From: Heptranchias perlo
Lineage: Eukaryota
Direction: 5' to 3'
NCBI RefSeq assembly: GCF_035084215.1
Contig: NC_090325.1
Coordinates: forward strand, 151,652,001 to 151,716,000
DNA length: 64,000 nt
How positions within the stretch are numbered: the stretch's first letter is position 1; the number at the start of each line of letters is the position of its first letter. Both the position numbers and the translations under genes were made by a program. A model generated the notes under the pieces. The model saw nothing but the letters and a program-made list of their open reading frames with translations, made no database searches and had not been told where the DNA came from. Positions 12,712-24,544 of this stretch are shown here, piece after piece.

Positions 12712-13272
12712 TTTTTTTAATATTCGTTCATGGGACATGGGCGTCGCTGGCAAGGCCAGCATTTGTTGCCCATACCTAATTGCCCTTGAGAAGGTGGTGG
12801 TGAGCCGTCTTCTTGAACCGCTGCAGTCCGTGTGGTGAAGGTTCTCCCACAGTGCTGTTAGGAAGGGAGTTCCAGGATTTTGACCCAGTGACGATGAAGG
12901 AACAGTGATATATTTCCAAGTCGGGATGGTGTGTGACTTGAAGGGGAACGTGCAGGTGGTGTTGTTCCCATGTGCCTGCTACTCTTGTCCTTCTAGATGG
13001 TAGAGGTCGTGGGTTTGGGAGGTACTGTCGAAGAAGCCTTGGCGAGTTGCTGCAGTGCATCCTGTGGATGGTACACACTGCAGCCACTGTGCGCCGGTGG
13101 TGAAGGGAGTGAATGTTTAGGGTGGTGGATGGGGTGCCAATCAAGCGGGCTGCTTTGCCCTGGATGGTGTCGAGCTTCTTGAGTGTTGTTGGAGCTGCAC
13201 TCATCCAGGCAAGTGGAGAGTATTCCATCACACTCCTGATCTGTGCCTTGTAGATGGTGCAAAGGCTTTGGG
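12712..13272 (-). mobile_element. LINE family B (CR1/L2 supergroup), 5'-truncated 3' end
   Basis: ORF 12776-13393 contains YKAQIRSVMEYSPLAW...LDTIQ.KAARLI...HRRTVAA. A-rich 3' end. Confidence 0.9.
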
Positions 13273-13274
13273 GC

Positions 13275-13510
13275 ATAAATACGGTAAGTATTACATTTTT
13301 AATTTTGTATGGAACTGTCCTAGCTATACACCCCAACGTCCAATTTTTTTTCCCTGTGACCTTGCAACACTGGTTGTGGTACTCCAACGTCATAATGTTA
13401 CGCAGGCGGCCAATCTGCTATCTCCTGTTTCTGTCACTGCCAAAAGAGAAAATTGGCCCCACCCAGACCCAAATGCATCAAGCTGCATTTGTCTACATTG
13501 AAGAAAATTT
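13275..13510 (-). mobile_element. Old CR1 LINE fragment
   Basis: Minus-strand FNVDKCSLMHLG and QC.KV..K.N.TLGCI.R.V.YK motifs. Confidence 0.7.
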
Positions 13511-14608
13511 ATCACAAGCATTTCTTTTTTTATTAGGAAAATAAAGTTATTTCTTTTTCAAGTGTTCAACGTTTTGACTATTTTCCGTGGTTTGTAAATC
13601 TGCAACAAGGGGATATAAATTTTGCATTACTACCTAAATCATAAACCATAAAATTAGAAATATTTAATAGGGAATTAAATCAACATGAAAAGAAAATATT
13701 AAAGATAATGGTGAGAGAGCAGGAAATGGAATTCAAGTAAATATCTCCTTTGTGAAGTCAGGACTGGCATGCGTATGATAGGAACCTAGTTATAGAATGA
13801 GGCCATTTGACCTATCATTCTTTCTCTTGCCAAACCTGAATACAAGTGAAAATCAAAATGCTTTATGGGCATATGACAGTATATTCTTGAGTTTCAGTCA
13901 CCACCAGTGTCAAATCTGTAACAATGTAAGAACACGTACCTTCCCACTTGCTACGGTAGCCTAGTGGCTATTGTACTGGACTAGCAACCCAGGAGGTTGA
14001 GAGCGCAAATACAGAAATGGCACAATGGGAAACTGAATTCAATAAATCTGGTAATTTGTGGGCAAGCACCGGAAAAATAAACATGAAAGCTTCCAGCCAA
14101 CATCCCAGACTCCTCTAGCACCATCTGTGGATATGTCCTTTCCTAACAGTAGGACAGAGGTACCAGAGGTGGTGGCACATTTTTGTAAATCATGCAGGAG
14201 TGACTTTGGAGCGCATGGCTTCAGGTCAAACAAGGTCAAAGAATGTTGAATGGTGTAGAAGACTGCCCTCTCATCCTATCCACAAAAAAGAGTAACTCTG
14301 ACCCATCAATTACCAATTGTTAGTCTCCTCCAAATCATCAGTAAAGTGATGAAAGGGAGTTTATCAATAGTATCACTTGACACCGACTCGCCAATAACTT
14401 ATTCACTGACACACACCGACGACATGTGCCGGCAGCCTTAATCTAGACTTGGTTGCAAGAACTGAATGCCAGAGGACAGATAAGAGAAGCTGCCCTCAAC
14501 ATCAAGATAGCATTTAACCGAATATGACACCAATCAGCCCTAGCAATATTGAACTCAAAGGGAAAGCACCTCCAGGGGCTGGAGTCATACATGACGCAAA
14601 GGAAGATA

Positions 14609-14824
14609 AATGTAAGGAATCTTACAACACCAGGTTATAGTCCAACAGTTTTATTTGAAAATCACAAGCTTTCGGAGGCTTTCTCCTTCGTCAGACTCAC
14701 CTGACGAAGGAGAAAGCCTCCGAAAGCTTGTGATTTTCAAATAAAACTGTTGGACTATAACCTGGTGTTGTAAGATTCCTTACATTTGTACACCCCAGTC
14801 CATCACCAGCATCTCCACATCATG
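14609..14824 (+). mobile_element. Minimal Penelope-like insertion: 87-bp perfect inverted repeat plus ca. 37-nt tail
   Basis: Arms 14608-14694 and 14701-14787 around the spacer ACTCAC. Tail caccccagtccatcaccagcatctccacatcatg. 13-bp TSD gcaaaggaagata (14596-14608, 14825-14837). Confidence 0.9.
14697..14733 (+). ncRNA. Minimal type I hammerhead ribozyme (Penelope-associated)
   Basis: TCAC-CTGACGA-A-GGAG(aaagc)CTCC-GAAA-GC-TT-GTGA: helix I TCAC/GTGA, conserved core, palindromic AAGCTT in place of helix III. Confidence 0.75.
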
Positions 14825-16742
14825 GCAAAGGAAGATAGTTATGGCTGTCGGTCACTGCTGTGCAGGGAAGCTTCCTGAAACCAACGATCTTCAGCTGCTT
14901 CATCAATAACCTTCCCTTTGTCATCAGATCAGGAGCGAGGCTGTTCGCTGATGATTACAGTGCCGTGATCCATTCACAATTCCTCCAATAATGAAACAAC
15001 CTATGCCAGACTACAGCAGGACTTGAATAACATTCAGGCTTGGGCTGACAAGTGGCAGATAACATTCGCACTAGGTAGGTGGCAGGTAATGACAACCATC
15101 AAACAAGAGAAAGCCCAGCTGATTCTCCTTGATTTTCAACAGCATCACCACTGCCAAGTCCCCCACCATGAATCATTGACCAGAAGCTGAACTGGACCAG
15201 CCATATCAACACTGTGACTACAAAAGCAAGTCAGAAGCTGGGTACTCTGCGATGGGTGGCTCACCTGCTGATCCTTCAAAGCCTCTCCAAAATTTACAAG
15301 GCTCAAGTTAGGAATATTCACCACTCACCCAGATGGACAACTCAAGAAACTCAACACCATCCAGGACTGAGCAGTATGCATGATCAGGGCCCCTGCTACT
15401 GGACTCAATATCCATTCCCTCCACCATCAGAACGTTGTGGCTGCAGTACGTACGATCCACAGCATTGTAGCAACTCTCCAAGGTTATTTCGACAGCACTC
15501 TCTCCCTTGCGACCCCCAGCACCAAGAAGGACAAGAGCAGCAATGTTACGAGAGCACCGTCTCCAAGCTCCGTTCCAAATCACACATCATCCTGATTAGG
15601 ATATATATCACTGTTCCTTCACCATTGCTGGGTCAGAATCCTGGAATTCCCTACCAACCACTGTGGGAACATTATGACTACGAGGACTACAACAGTTCAT
15701 GGAGAAGGGCCACCATCACCTTCGCAAGGCATCTAGGGATGGGCAATAAATGCAACCTTGCCAGCATCACCCACATCGCAAGAATAAATAGAAGTAGCAA
15801 TGTTACTGCTACAACAGCGGTGTCTCTATTTTCAGTTTCCTTCCTTCACCTAATGCTATATTAAGTACGTAGGCAAATCAGTGGTATTTCTACAAGTAAG
15901 AAAGAATTAGATCACTTGGTCTTGAGAGGTATGCACATATAATTCTAACTTAATATGAATGTGCATTTCAGATATGAAGAGCAGTCTATTTAGTGGACTA
16001 TGATAATCCAATTATGTTTTTCCTCTGCAAGTAATAAATCAGTGAAGTAATTCCTTAGTGTACAAATCTCATGAGCGCAAACACTATATATGTTAAGTAT
16101 TAGCCAAAATTACTTTGTCTCCGATATGCCTTTATTGGAGCTCTTGCTAGAGTGCATAAGTGTAAGACATAAAAAGCACAAGTACGCCTAGTGAGAAACA
16201 TTTTTTTTTCCAAAAAAACATTTTGCTAACTGTGTTGCCAAACTATTCATAGAATGTTCAGGCTGTCTAACTTGCATATTTGTAACTCCTTACCCCCATT
16301 CTTGAGATGGAAAGGTTAATTCCCATACACAATACATAAAAGTGTATAACTGTAGTAATATATTAGTACTGTAATTGAAGTATTAGTCTTTCCCCCATGC
16401 ACACATCGTTCTCACTTTTCTTTGCTGCTTGTAAGTTGTTACTAGGTAAAAACTTTTTGGCATTAGGTTCTGCTTACTAGACTGTGAACTAGAATACCTC
16501 AGGGGCTCCAATCTACTACCACAGACATCAGCAGTTGTGTTTCTCCTTCACTTTTTTCTGGCCTACTCTCTCTCATTTATAAAAGTACCCTGAAAGTATA
16601 ATTGTGTGAATGAGAACATAGTTTAAAATCAAATCAAAATCCTACACTAGAAAATTACCCAGAAGCTCGTGACAAAAGCTTGAAATTACCATTGGCATTA
16701 CCATGAACATTAATATGATATTCCTCTGCCTATTTTGTGGGA

Positions 16743-17383
16743 ATTGTAAACAATTTTACAACACCAAGACGCTGCGACAACGGATGAACGGACACCGCGC
16801 AACAATCGCCAGACAGGAGGGTTCCCTCCCAGTCGGGGAACACGTCAGCAGTCAAGGACATTCAGCCACCGACCTTCGGGTAAGCATACTCCAAGGCGGC
16901 CTTCGAGACACACGACAACGCAAAATCGTCGAGCAGAAATTGATAGCCAAGTTCCGCACCCATGAGGACGGCATCAATCGGGATCTTGGGTTCATGTCAC
17001 GCTACATGTAACCCCACCAGCGAACATATGTTATCTGTTTTTAATATAATGGGTCATTTGCTGTCTTTTCTATGTCTCTGCCTCTCTCTGTTTTTTTTTG
17101 GTGGTTTGTATATTCGGTGGCCTTTTAGGTAACACCTCTCTGTCTGCACACTGTGATTGCCGTGGCAACGGGCAGTTGGAAAGACTATCTGTAATCACCA
17201 GGCATTGTTCTGTGATTTATAAATGAGAAGGGTTCGAGGATTTCATTTCCACAACATTCACCTGAGGAAGGAGGAAGCCTCCGAAAGCTTGTGAATTTCA
17301 AATAAAATTGTTGGACTATAACTTGGTGTTGTAAAATTGTTTACAATTGTCAACCCCAGTCCATCACCGGCATCTCCACATCA
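16743..17383 (+). mobile_element. 5'-truncated Penelope-like retroelement (GIY-YIG endonuclease C-terminus and pLTR)
   Basis: TLRQRMNGHR...PVGEH...RKIVEQKLIAKFRTHEDGINRD. Short 5' inverted terminus of about 26 bp. 12-bp TSD tattttgtggga (16731-16742, 17384-17395). Confidence 0.92.
17256..17296 (+). ncRNA. Minimal type I hammerhead ribozyme
   Basis: ATTCAC-CTGAGGA-A-GGAGG(aag)CCTCC-GAAA-GC-TT-GTGAAT; 6-bp helix I and 5-bp helix II. Confidence 0.8.
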
Positions 17384-18394
17384 TATTTTGTGGGAGTCAT
17401 TAAACCATTTGATATAAACAGGTTGAGGTCTACATTAAAATAGCAAACAGAAGAATGTCATCTGAGCATCTTAAATTGTCATCTGCTTATATGACCACGA
17501 GCAATTTCTAGGTTCGCATATCTAATCTTTAGGTTGAGAAATGTCATGGTTTCTTCAGATGTCTGAAAAGCAGCTTTTGATTCAAAAGTCCTATTAAGGA
17601 GGGGAAGAGAGAATGTGCAGAAGTCTCAAATCTTTTAGGGATATAGAAGACATTCTTTAAAGCAAGATTTTCTAAACAATATACAGTCTTATGACAAATA
17701 CGATCAGTCATGAGCAGCAGAGAGGTTCCGTAACTGCAGTTGTCACATTCCATTTTTCAGTTCATCAAAACTGAAACTTGTAGAATGTACATTTTCACAT
17801 CTCGATAACAGGTGATGGAGTAAGGATTTTTTTTTAAGCAGTATCATTCAAAGTGAAATTTTAAATGTTCTTAATAGCTGAACCTAATTTGTTTTCCATA
17901 GGCAAGGGGACACAGATCTTAGATTTACTTCTTAACTGAGGAATGATTCTCAAATTAACCTGCTACAGGATAAAATTAATTTATTTGCTCATATGTTTGT
18001 GAAATCATTTTTGATTCCTCTAACTTTAGTCAAAATGTATCATATTTAGTGGCAGCCTGCTATTAAACAATAAAACAGTCCAGAATCCAACAAAGGAGCA
18101 AATGGGGGGCAACACCAGTGCTAGAAACATAAGCAATCTTCAAAGAGGGAAAGACAGGGGCAAAGGCAAAATTAAGAATGATAAGTATAAATGGAATAAG
18201 AGTAAACTGACAATAAATGAGAGAAAATAGAGAAGATGACAGAGAAAGGGAACGAGATAGGCAGAAGAGAGGGGAAGAAAATAGAAAAGTGGAGGGGGAT
18301 GAGAAATAGGGAATGAGGGAGAGAAATTCACACATGTATAGGATATGTGCAAGTGAGCATGAGTGCGACTGATAGAGAGAAATTGTGAAAGAAA

Positions 18395-18540
18395 GACTTT
18401 TATTTATATAGCGCTTTTCACGACCTCAGAACGTCCCAAAGCACTTTATAGCCAATGAGATACTTTTTGAAGTCCAGTCACCGTTGTAATGTAGGAAACA
18501 CGGCAGCCAATTTGAGCACAGCAAGGTCCCACCAACAGCA
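18395..18540 (-). mobile_element. 3' half of Deu-domain SINE (L2-like tail)
   Basis: Continues the SINE at 21110-21405 across the CR1 insertion. Tail is similar to L2 3' ends (gcgctatataaat). Confidence 0.75.
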
Positions 18541-21110
18541 AGAACAGAAGAAATAGGAGCAGGTGTAGGCCATACAACCCCTCGAGCCTGCTCCGCCATT
18601 CAATAAGATCATGGCTGATGATCTACCTCAACTCCATTTTCTCGCCTGATCCCAATAGCCCTTGATTCCCTTAGGGTCAAAAAAATCTATCGACCTCAGC
18701 TTGAATATACTCAATGACGGAGCATCCACTGTCCTCTGGGGTAGAGAATTCCAAAGATTCACAACTCACTGGGTGAAAAAAATTCTCATCTCAGTTCTAA
18801 ATGGCCAACCCCTTATCCTGAGACTACACCCCCTAGTTCTAGACACTCCATCCAGAGGAAATAGCCCCTCAGCATCTGCCCTGTCAAGCCCTCTCAGAAT
18901 CTTATGTTTCAATTAGATCACCTCTCACTCTTCTAAACTCCAGAGAGTATAGGCCCATTCTACTCAATCTCTCCTCATAGGACAACCCTTTCATCCCAGG
19001 AATCAATTTAGTGAACCTTCGTTGCACCGCCTCTAAGGCAAGTATATCCCTCCTTAGGTAAGGAGACCAAAACTGCACACAGTACTCCAGGTGTGGTCTC
19101 ACCAAAGTCCTGTACAAATGCAGCAAGACTTCCTTCTTGTACTCCAACCCCCTTGCAATAAAGGATAACATACTATCTGCCTTCCTAATTGTTTGCTGTA
19201 TCTGCAGGTTAACTCTTGTGTTTCGGGTACAAGGACACCCAAATCCCTCTGAATACCAACATTTAAGGATTTCTCACCCTTTTAAAAAAATTCTGTTTTT
19301 CTATTCTTCCTACCAAGTGAATTCCCCACATTATACTCCATCTGCTACCTTCCTGCCCACTCACTTAACCTGTCCATATCCCTTTACAGATGCTTTGTGT
19401 CCTCACAACTGACTTTCTCACCTAGTTTTGTATCATCAGCAAACTTAGATGAAGGGACCGAGTGTAATTTATCCAAGTCATTAATATAGATTGTAAATAG
19501 CTAAGGCCCAAGCACTGATCCTTGTGGCACCCCTCTAGTAACAGCCTGCCAACCTGAAAATGACCCATTTATTCCTATTCTGTTTTCAGTCCGTTAACCA
19601 ATCCTCCATCCATGCTAGTATATTACCCCCAACCCCATGAGCCCTTATCTTGTGTAACAACCTTTCGTGTGGCACCTTATCGAATGCCTTTTGAAAATCC
19701 AAATATACTACATCCACTGATTCACCTTTATCTACCCTGCTAGTTTAATCTCAAAACCACACGGACTGCAGCGGTTCAAGAAGGCGGCTCACCACCACCT
19801 TCTCGAGGGCAATTAAGGATGGGCAATAAATGCCGGCCTCGCCAGCGATGCCCACATCCCGTGAACGAATAAAAAAAAACTCTAAGCAGATTTGTCAAAT
19901 ACGATTTCCCTTTCATAAAACCATGCTGACTCTGCCTAATCATATTATGATTTTCTAAGTGCCCTGTTACCACGTCCTTAATAATGGATTCCAGCATTTT
20001 CCCGATGTCAGGCTAACTGGTCTGTAGTTCTGTTTTCTCTCTCCCTCCTTTCTTGAATAGCAGGGTTACATTTGCTACCTTCCAATCCGCTGGGACCATT
20101 CTAGAATCTGGGGAATTTTGGAAGGTCACAACCAATGCATCCACTATCTCTGCAGTCATCTCTTTTAGAACCCTAGGATGTAGGCCATCAGGTACAGGGG
20201 ATTTGTCTGATTTTAGTACCATTAATTTCTCCATACTTTTTCTTCACTAACATTAATTACTTTAAGTTCCTCACTCTCATTAAACCCTTGGTTCCCCACT
20301 ATTTCTGGTATGTTTTTGTGTCTTCGACTATGAAGACAGATACAAAATATTTGTTTATCGTCTCTGCCATTTCCTTATTTCCCATTATAATTTCTCCTGT
20401 CTCAGCCTATAAGGGACCCATGTTTACTTTTGCTATTCTCTTCCTTTTTACAAACTTGTAGAAGCTCTTACAATCTGTTTTTATATTTCTTGCTAGTTTA
20501 CTCTCATACTCTATTTTCTCCTTTATCTTCAATTTTTTGGTCATCCTTTGCAGGTTTTTTAAAACTCTCCCAATCCTCAGGCTTACGACTACTCTTGGCA
20601 ACACTATAAGCCTCTTCCTTTAATCTAATACTATCCTTAACTTCTTTAGTTAGCCACGGATGGATCGCTTTTCCCATGGAGTTTTTATTTCTCAATGGAA
20701 TGTATATTCGTTGAGAATATTGAAATATTTCTTTAAATGTTTGCCATTGATTATCTACCGTCAGGTCTTTCAATCTAATTTCCCAATCTACCTTAGACAA
20801 CTCGCCTCTCATACCTATGTAAGTGGTTTTGCTTAAGTTTAAGACTCTAGTTTCAGACTTAAGTACGTCACTCTCTTTAGATTTATAATTTCCCCTCACC
20901 TGAACCCTCCCCCACAACCACCACCACTCGCACCCCCCATCCCCCCAGTTTTTAATTTAAAGCCCTAGTTATTTGATTCGCCAGGACACTGGTCCCATCC
21001 CAGTTTAAGTGAGGCCCGTCCCAACGGAACAGCACCCTCTTTCCCCAGTACTGGTGCCAGTGCCCCATGAATCGAAACCCGTCTCCCCCACCACTCTGAG
21101 CCACGCATTT
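18541..21110 (-). mobile_element. CR1 LINE (RT, endonuclease-RT linker and ORF1 remnant, with deletions)
   Basis: LVRPHLEYCVQFWSP, KSP.PDGLHPRVLKE and SQHGFMKGKS motifs. ORF1 esterase piece at 20965-21110. Contains a family-B tail at 19757-19880. Confidence 0.92.
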
Positions 21111-21405
21111 GATAATGTGATAATGACCAGATAATCTGTGTTAGATGCTGGTTGAGGAATAAACATTGGCCAGGCCACCGGGGAGAACTCCCCTCCTCTT
21201 TTTCGAATAGTGCCATGGGATCTTTTATGTCCACCTGAGAGGGCAGACGGGGCCTCGGTTGAACGTCTCTTCCAACAGTGCAGCACTCCCTCAGTACTGC
21301 AATGGAATGTCAGCCTAGATTTTGTACTCAAGACCCTGGAGTGGGACTTGAACCTACACCCTTCTGACACAGAGGCGAGGGTGCTACTATTGAGCCATAG
21401 CTGAC
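21110..21405 (-). mobile_element. tRNA-derived Deu-domain SINE (SacSINE1/AmnSINE-like), 5' half
   Basis: Pol III A-box-like tggctcaatagtag and B box ggttcaagtccc. Deu core accgaggccccgtctgcc...aaagatcccatggcact. Confidence 0.8.
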
Positions 21406-21442
21406 AGAGTGGCAGCCTATATGTGTTGTACGAGAGAAAGAG

Positions 21443-21444
<2 letters not shown>

Positions 21445-21490
<46 letters not shown>

Positions 21491-21492
21491 CG
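21445..21492. repeat. (TG)n(CG)n alternating purine-pyrimidine microsatellite
   Basis: About 19 TG units followed directly by about 5 CG units. Confidence 0.95.
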
Positions 21493-22318
21493 TATAAAAG
21501 AGACACAGACAGACAGTCATGCACACACAGATTGTGCGCAAGAGAAAGAAATATACTTTGGGTTGACAATTGAGTCAATATACTTTGGATAGCTGGCAGC
21601 CATTGCACTGAAGTTCATCAGGCATCAGCTCCGCATAACACCAGGCACAGAGCCTGAGGCCCACCACAAGCCCAACGTGTTCTTTGCCCCATGCACTTGG
21701 CTAACAGTAAGCAATCTGCGAGCCTGCACACGAAGGGCTTACAAATTATTTAAAATAGGGGCACCACCATAATGCAAGAGAAAGACAAAGACTGTACGAA
21801 TGAGACTGTGTGCAAGAAGGAGAAAGAGAATTTGTGTATGCGGAGAGAAAGCGTTAGCAGCCATGTGCAAGATCAAATTTGAGAGGCGAGTAGAATGAGT
21901 CATGGAGAGGAGGAATAAAATGAAGGAGAAAAGAAATAAAACATCCAGATTTCAAGTGAATAGTTGCAGTCATAGCATGTCAAAAGTCACAACGATAGTT
22001 TAGCCTATCATTTGTGTATCCCTATCCGTGGAAAACAACTTTCTGGCTCGGGACTGTGCAATCAATTAAGCCACACTGACAGTTAAAGGAAGGCAAGACA
22101 GGGGAGGGAAGAAATTTAAGTATGGTTGGGAAGAGAAACTAAAATATGGGCAGTTCATTTTTAATAGTTCCACTTTTTATATATTTAGTAATGAATTCAT
22201 CAATAAACAGCATTTTCTTCAAGACTAGTTACTAAAAGAAATTATTTTGAGAAAATTGTTTCCCCATATTTTTATAACCCTGTAGCTGTAAAATTTTAAA
22301 TTAATAGTCTTATCTTAC

Positions 22319-22483
22319 TGTCAAACAACCCATAATTAAGTTTAAGGAAGACTAATTTCAGTTGAAGGAAATATGCTAATACTACATTGTACTCTATTAT
22401 TGCAGTCCCCATGTTGCAGAGCCTACAAGCCTGCAAAGGCTCCATACAGTAACTGTCATTTGTAAAGAAAATAACAAACCATT
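22319..22483 (-). pseudogene. Exon at the ZU5/UPA boundary (open frame)
   Basis: Donor gaca|gtaaga. Acceptor ccatccag| (alternative ttcttcag| at 22503). Translation (E)WFVIFFTNDSYCMEPLQACRLCNMGTAIIEYNVVLAYFLQLK resembles PIDD SWYWLWYTTKNC and ankyrin RFWL...ATQLY...PYMAKFVVF. Confidence 0.5.
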
Positions 22484-23604
22484 CTGGATGGTAGCAGCTA
22501 TCACTGAAGAAATAGATGTTCATTCAGCTAATAAATAAAACAATGAAATCAAGCTGTTTAAAAATGTATTTAGGAGCATTCCTCGCTTTCCTTGGTTCTT
22601 CAGTTGAAAGCTACCAGCAGGTATTTGGACGAGGGAAACAGCTAATGATTTTAGCAAGGATACTTCATTATTTCATTGCCCAATTTGAGTGGGATTTCTC
22701 TCTGAAAAATGATTACAAGAGGATGTTTCTCAGCTGAGAGCAATTAGTGCTCAGGATCCCCTTTGTTTTGCCCCTAATTAAAAGAATCAGAGGAAAAAGA
22801 AAACAGAACATGTGAACAGCTCGCCAAATTATAGGCTTGTCACCACTACGAACAGTTTAAACCTTACAAACCGAAAGCTAAATTATATACTGTAAACACC
22901 TTCTCCAGGCTCACACAATCAGTAGCCAATTTTACAAGTTTCACTGAAATGAACATATGTAGCTATCATTTTCTCCCCCTTCCTCTTCTCTCTCCCTCCA
23001 TCCAATATCTGTTAGTGTTTCCATGTTCACAGTATCCGGAATAACTACATTGGGAAATGATGTTTTTCTTTATGAATTTGCACCCAGTATCAGCTTCATA
23101 CCTTTCCAACTACAATATTGAATGCAGCAGAAATTCAGTTTGCTATATTGCTTTAAATCTGGCATGTGCTTTATAGCAAATTCTTCAGTATAAACAGTAC
23201 TTAACTATTTATGCCAACCCCAAAGGAAAAAATGTCACTTGTGAGATGTAGACTGGAGAAGTGTTGCAAGGACAGAGGGCTTTAGCTGGTATAAACATCA
23301 ACGCAAATCTCTTGACTTTTGAGTGGTAGTTTAATGTCCTCAAGACAGTATAAATGCAGGGAGTGTGGTCTTGTATAAATGTAAATATAATCTCAACTAC
23401 GTGTCTAAGCCTCAGGCTTAGTCACATTACCTTGGGTGTGCGCTGTCAATTGCAGATATGCAGTTCTTTTGTCAACAGCACTCTTAAAAGCAGGCGACTT
23501 CTAGGGTATCAAAGGTAACACAGACCAAGATTTTCGGAAATCTAATGAGCTCCTGTTGAATTAACCGTCCTTTGTTCGGAGCTGCTAAAGGTATGCAGAC
23601 TCAC

Positions 23605-23817
23605 AGAATCAGCTCCGTTGTAATATTTTAAAAATTGTACTTATCCTTTCTGGTTCAAAAAATTAAGGGTTGAGCAGATCAGAATACAGAAATTTGGCCG
23701 GGTAAAGTGCTCAGGTTTCCCATTTTAAAAAAGCATCGGAGTGACGTGTGTCATACAATTAATTATAAAATCATACACTATTTCCGTGCCCACTTGATCA
23801 GCCGGAATCGAAAGCAC
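23605..23817 (-). pseudogene. Decayed ZU5 exon (213 nt, phase 0-0) with two in-frame TAA
   Basis: Strong acceptor ttcttctgcag| and donor |gtgagt. VLSIPADQV...THVTPMLF*NGKPEHFTRP...G*VQFLKYYNG matches ZU5 SP(L/I)...F.(K/Q)P...LRLL. In phase with the exon at 27716-27879. Confidence 0.6.
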
Positions 23818-24544
23818 CTGCAGAAGAATGGCAAGAAATGGCAACTTGCCCAACCTCAGTTTGTAACCTTAAAGGAAAACTTCATGCTCTTTCTGAACTG
23901 TTTACATACACATAACACTCCAGCAATATCTTAGGAGTATTTTAATATTTCATCTTCACTGTATTTTACACTTCCAACAAAAATAATTTGTTTCCTTTAG
24001 TGAGTGCCTTTTGTCACTAGAAGTTTTGGACTTAAAAAGTGTAGCGGACACAAAACTAGATATTAATAAGGTGAGTGTTCAAACTATACAAACTAGTACC
24101 CAAAATTAAACAATTTTTAAATTGACTTCTAGGTACAAAGTACAAAGAATAGTGTGTATATAAAAACATGCATATTAAGTACAGGATGAAAAGCAACACA
24201 TCTTAAAACATTTTTAATTATTCATCCACTTAACTAAAAACATATAGGGCAATGTTATTTTGCAAATTTAATAACTTGCTGATTTAGTGTAGAATCATTT
24301 TCACATTTTGAGTTGCATATAAGCTATATATATAAGGAGTGACATTACACAGAATTGTGGTCTTAACTTCTCCAAGGATAAATTAAAGAAACCAGCGAAA
24401 ACACAAAAGATTATCAACAGTTCCTCATGAAATAAAATCAACATAATTATACCTTAATAGAAAATAAAACATAATTTCAAACAAATAAAATAGGAATTGC
24501 AACGTTGTCATCCTGTTCCTGTTTTAGCCCTGGTGATCCCACCT

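Larger units (their letters stand above)
14130..15790 (+). mobile_element. Older LINE family B copy interrupted by a Penelope palindrome
   Basis: Degenerate RT (LFADD, WADKWQI.F) and family-B 3' tail at 15700-15790. Confidence 0.8.
16702..17590 (-). pseudogene. Decayed UPA-domain exon, interrupted by a Penelope insertion
   Basis: Acceptor tctcttcccctccttaatag|. Translation TFESKAAFQTSEETMTFLNLKIRYANLEIARGHISR*QFKMLR*HSSVCYFNVDLN resembles the ankyrin UPA end (IKIRD...GRLS...AVCNLNITL). The frame continues across the insertion to donor catg|gtaatg at 16702. Confidence 0.55.

Noticed and set aside
13390-13500. Apparent death-domain start (FGSGWGQFSLL) after an AG acceptor
   Set aside because: Another frame reads FNVDKCSLMHLG, a CR1 RT motif continuous with adjacent LINE sequence.
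21110-21405. tRNA gene
   Set aside because: A/B boxes run into a Deu body with no complete cloverleaf or T-tract terminator; it is a SINE head.
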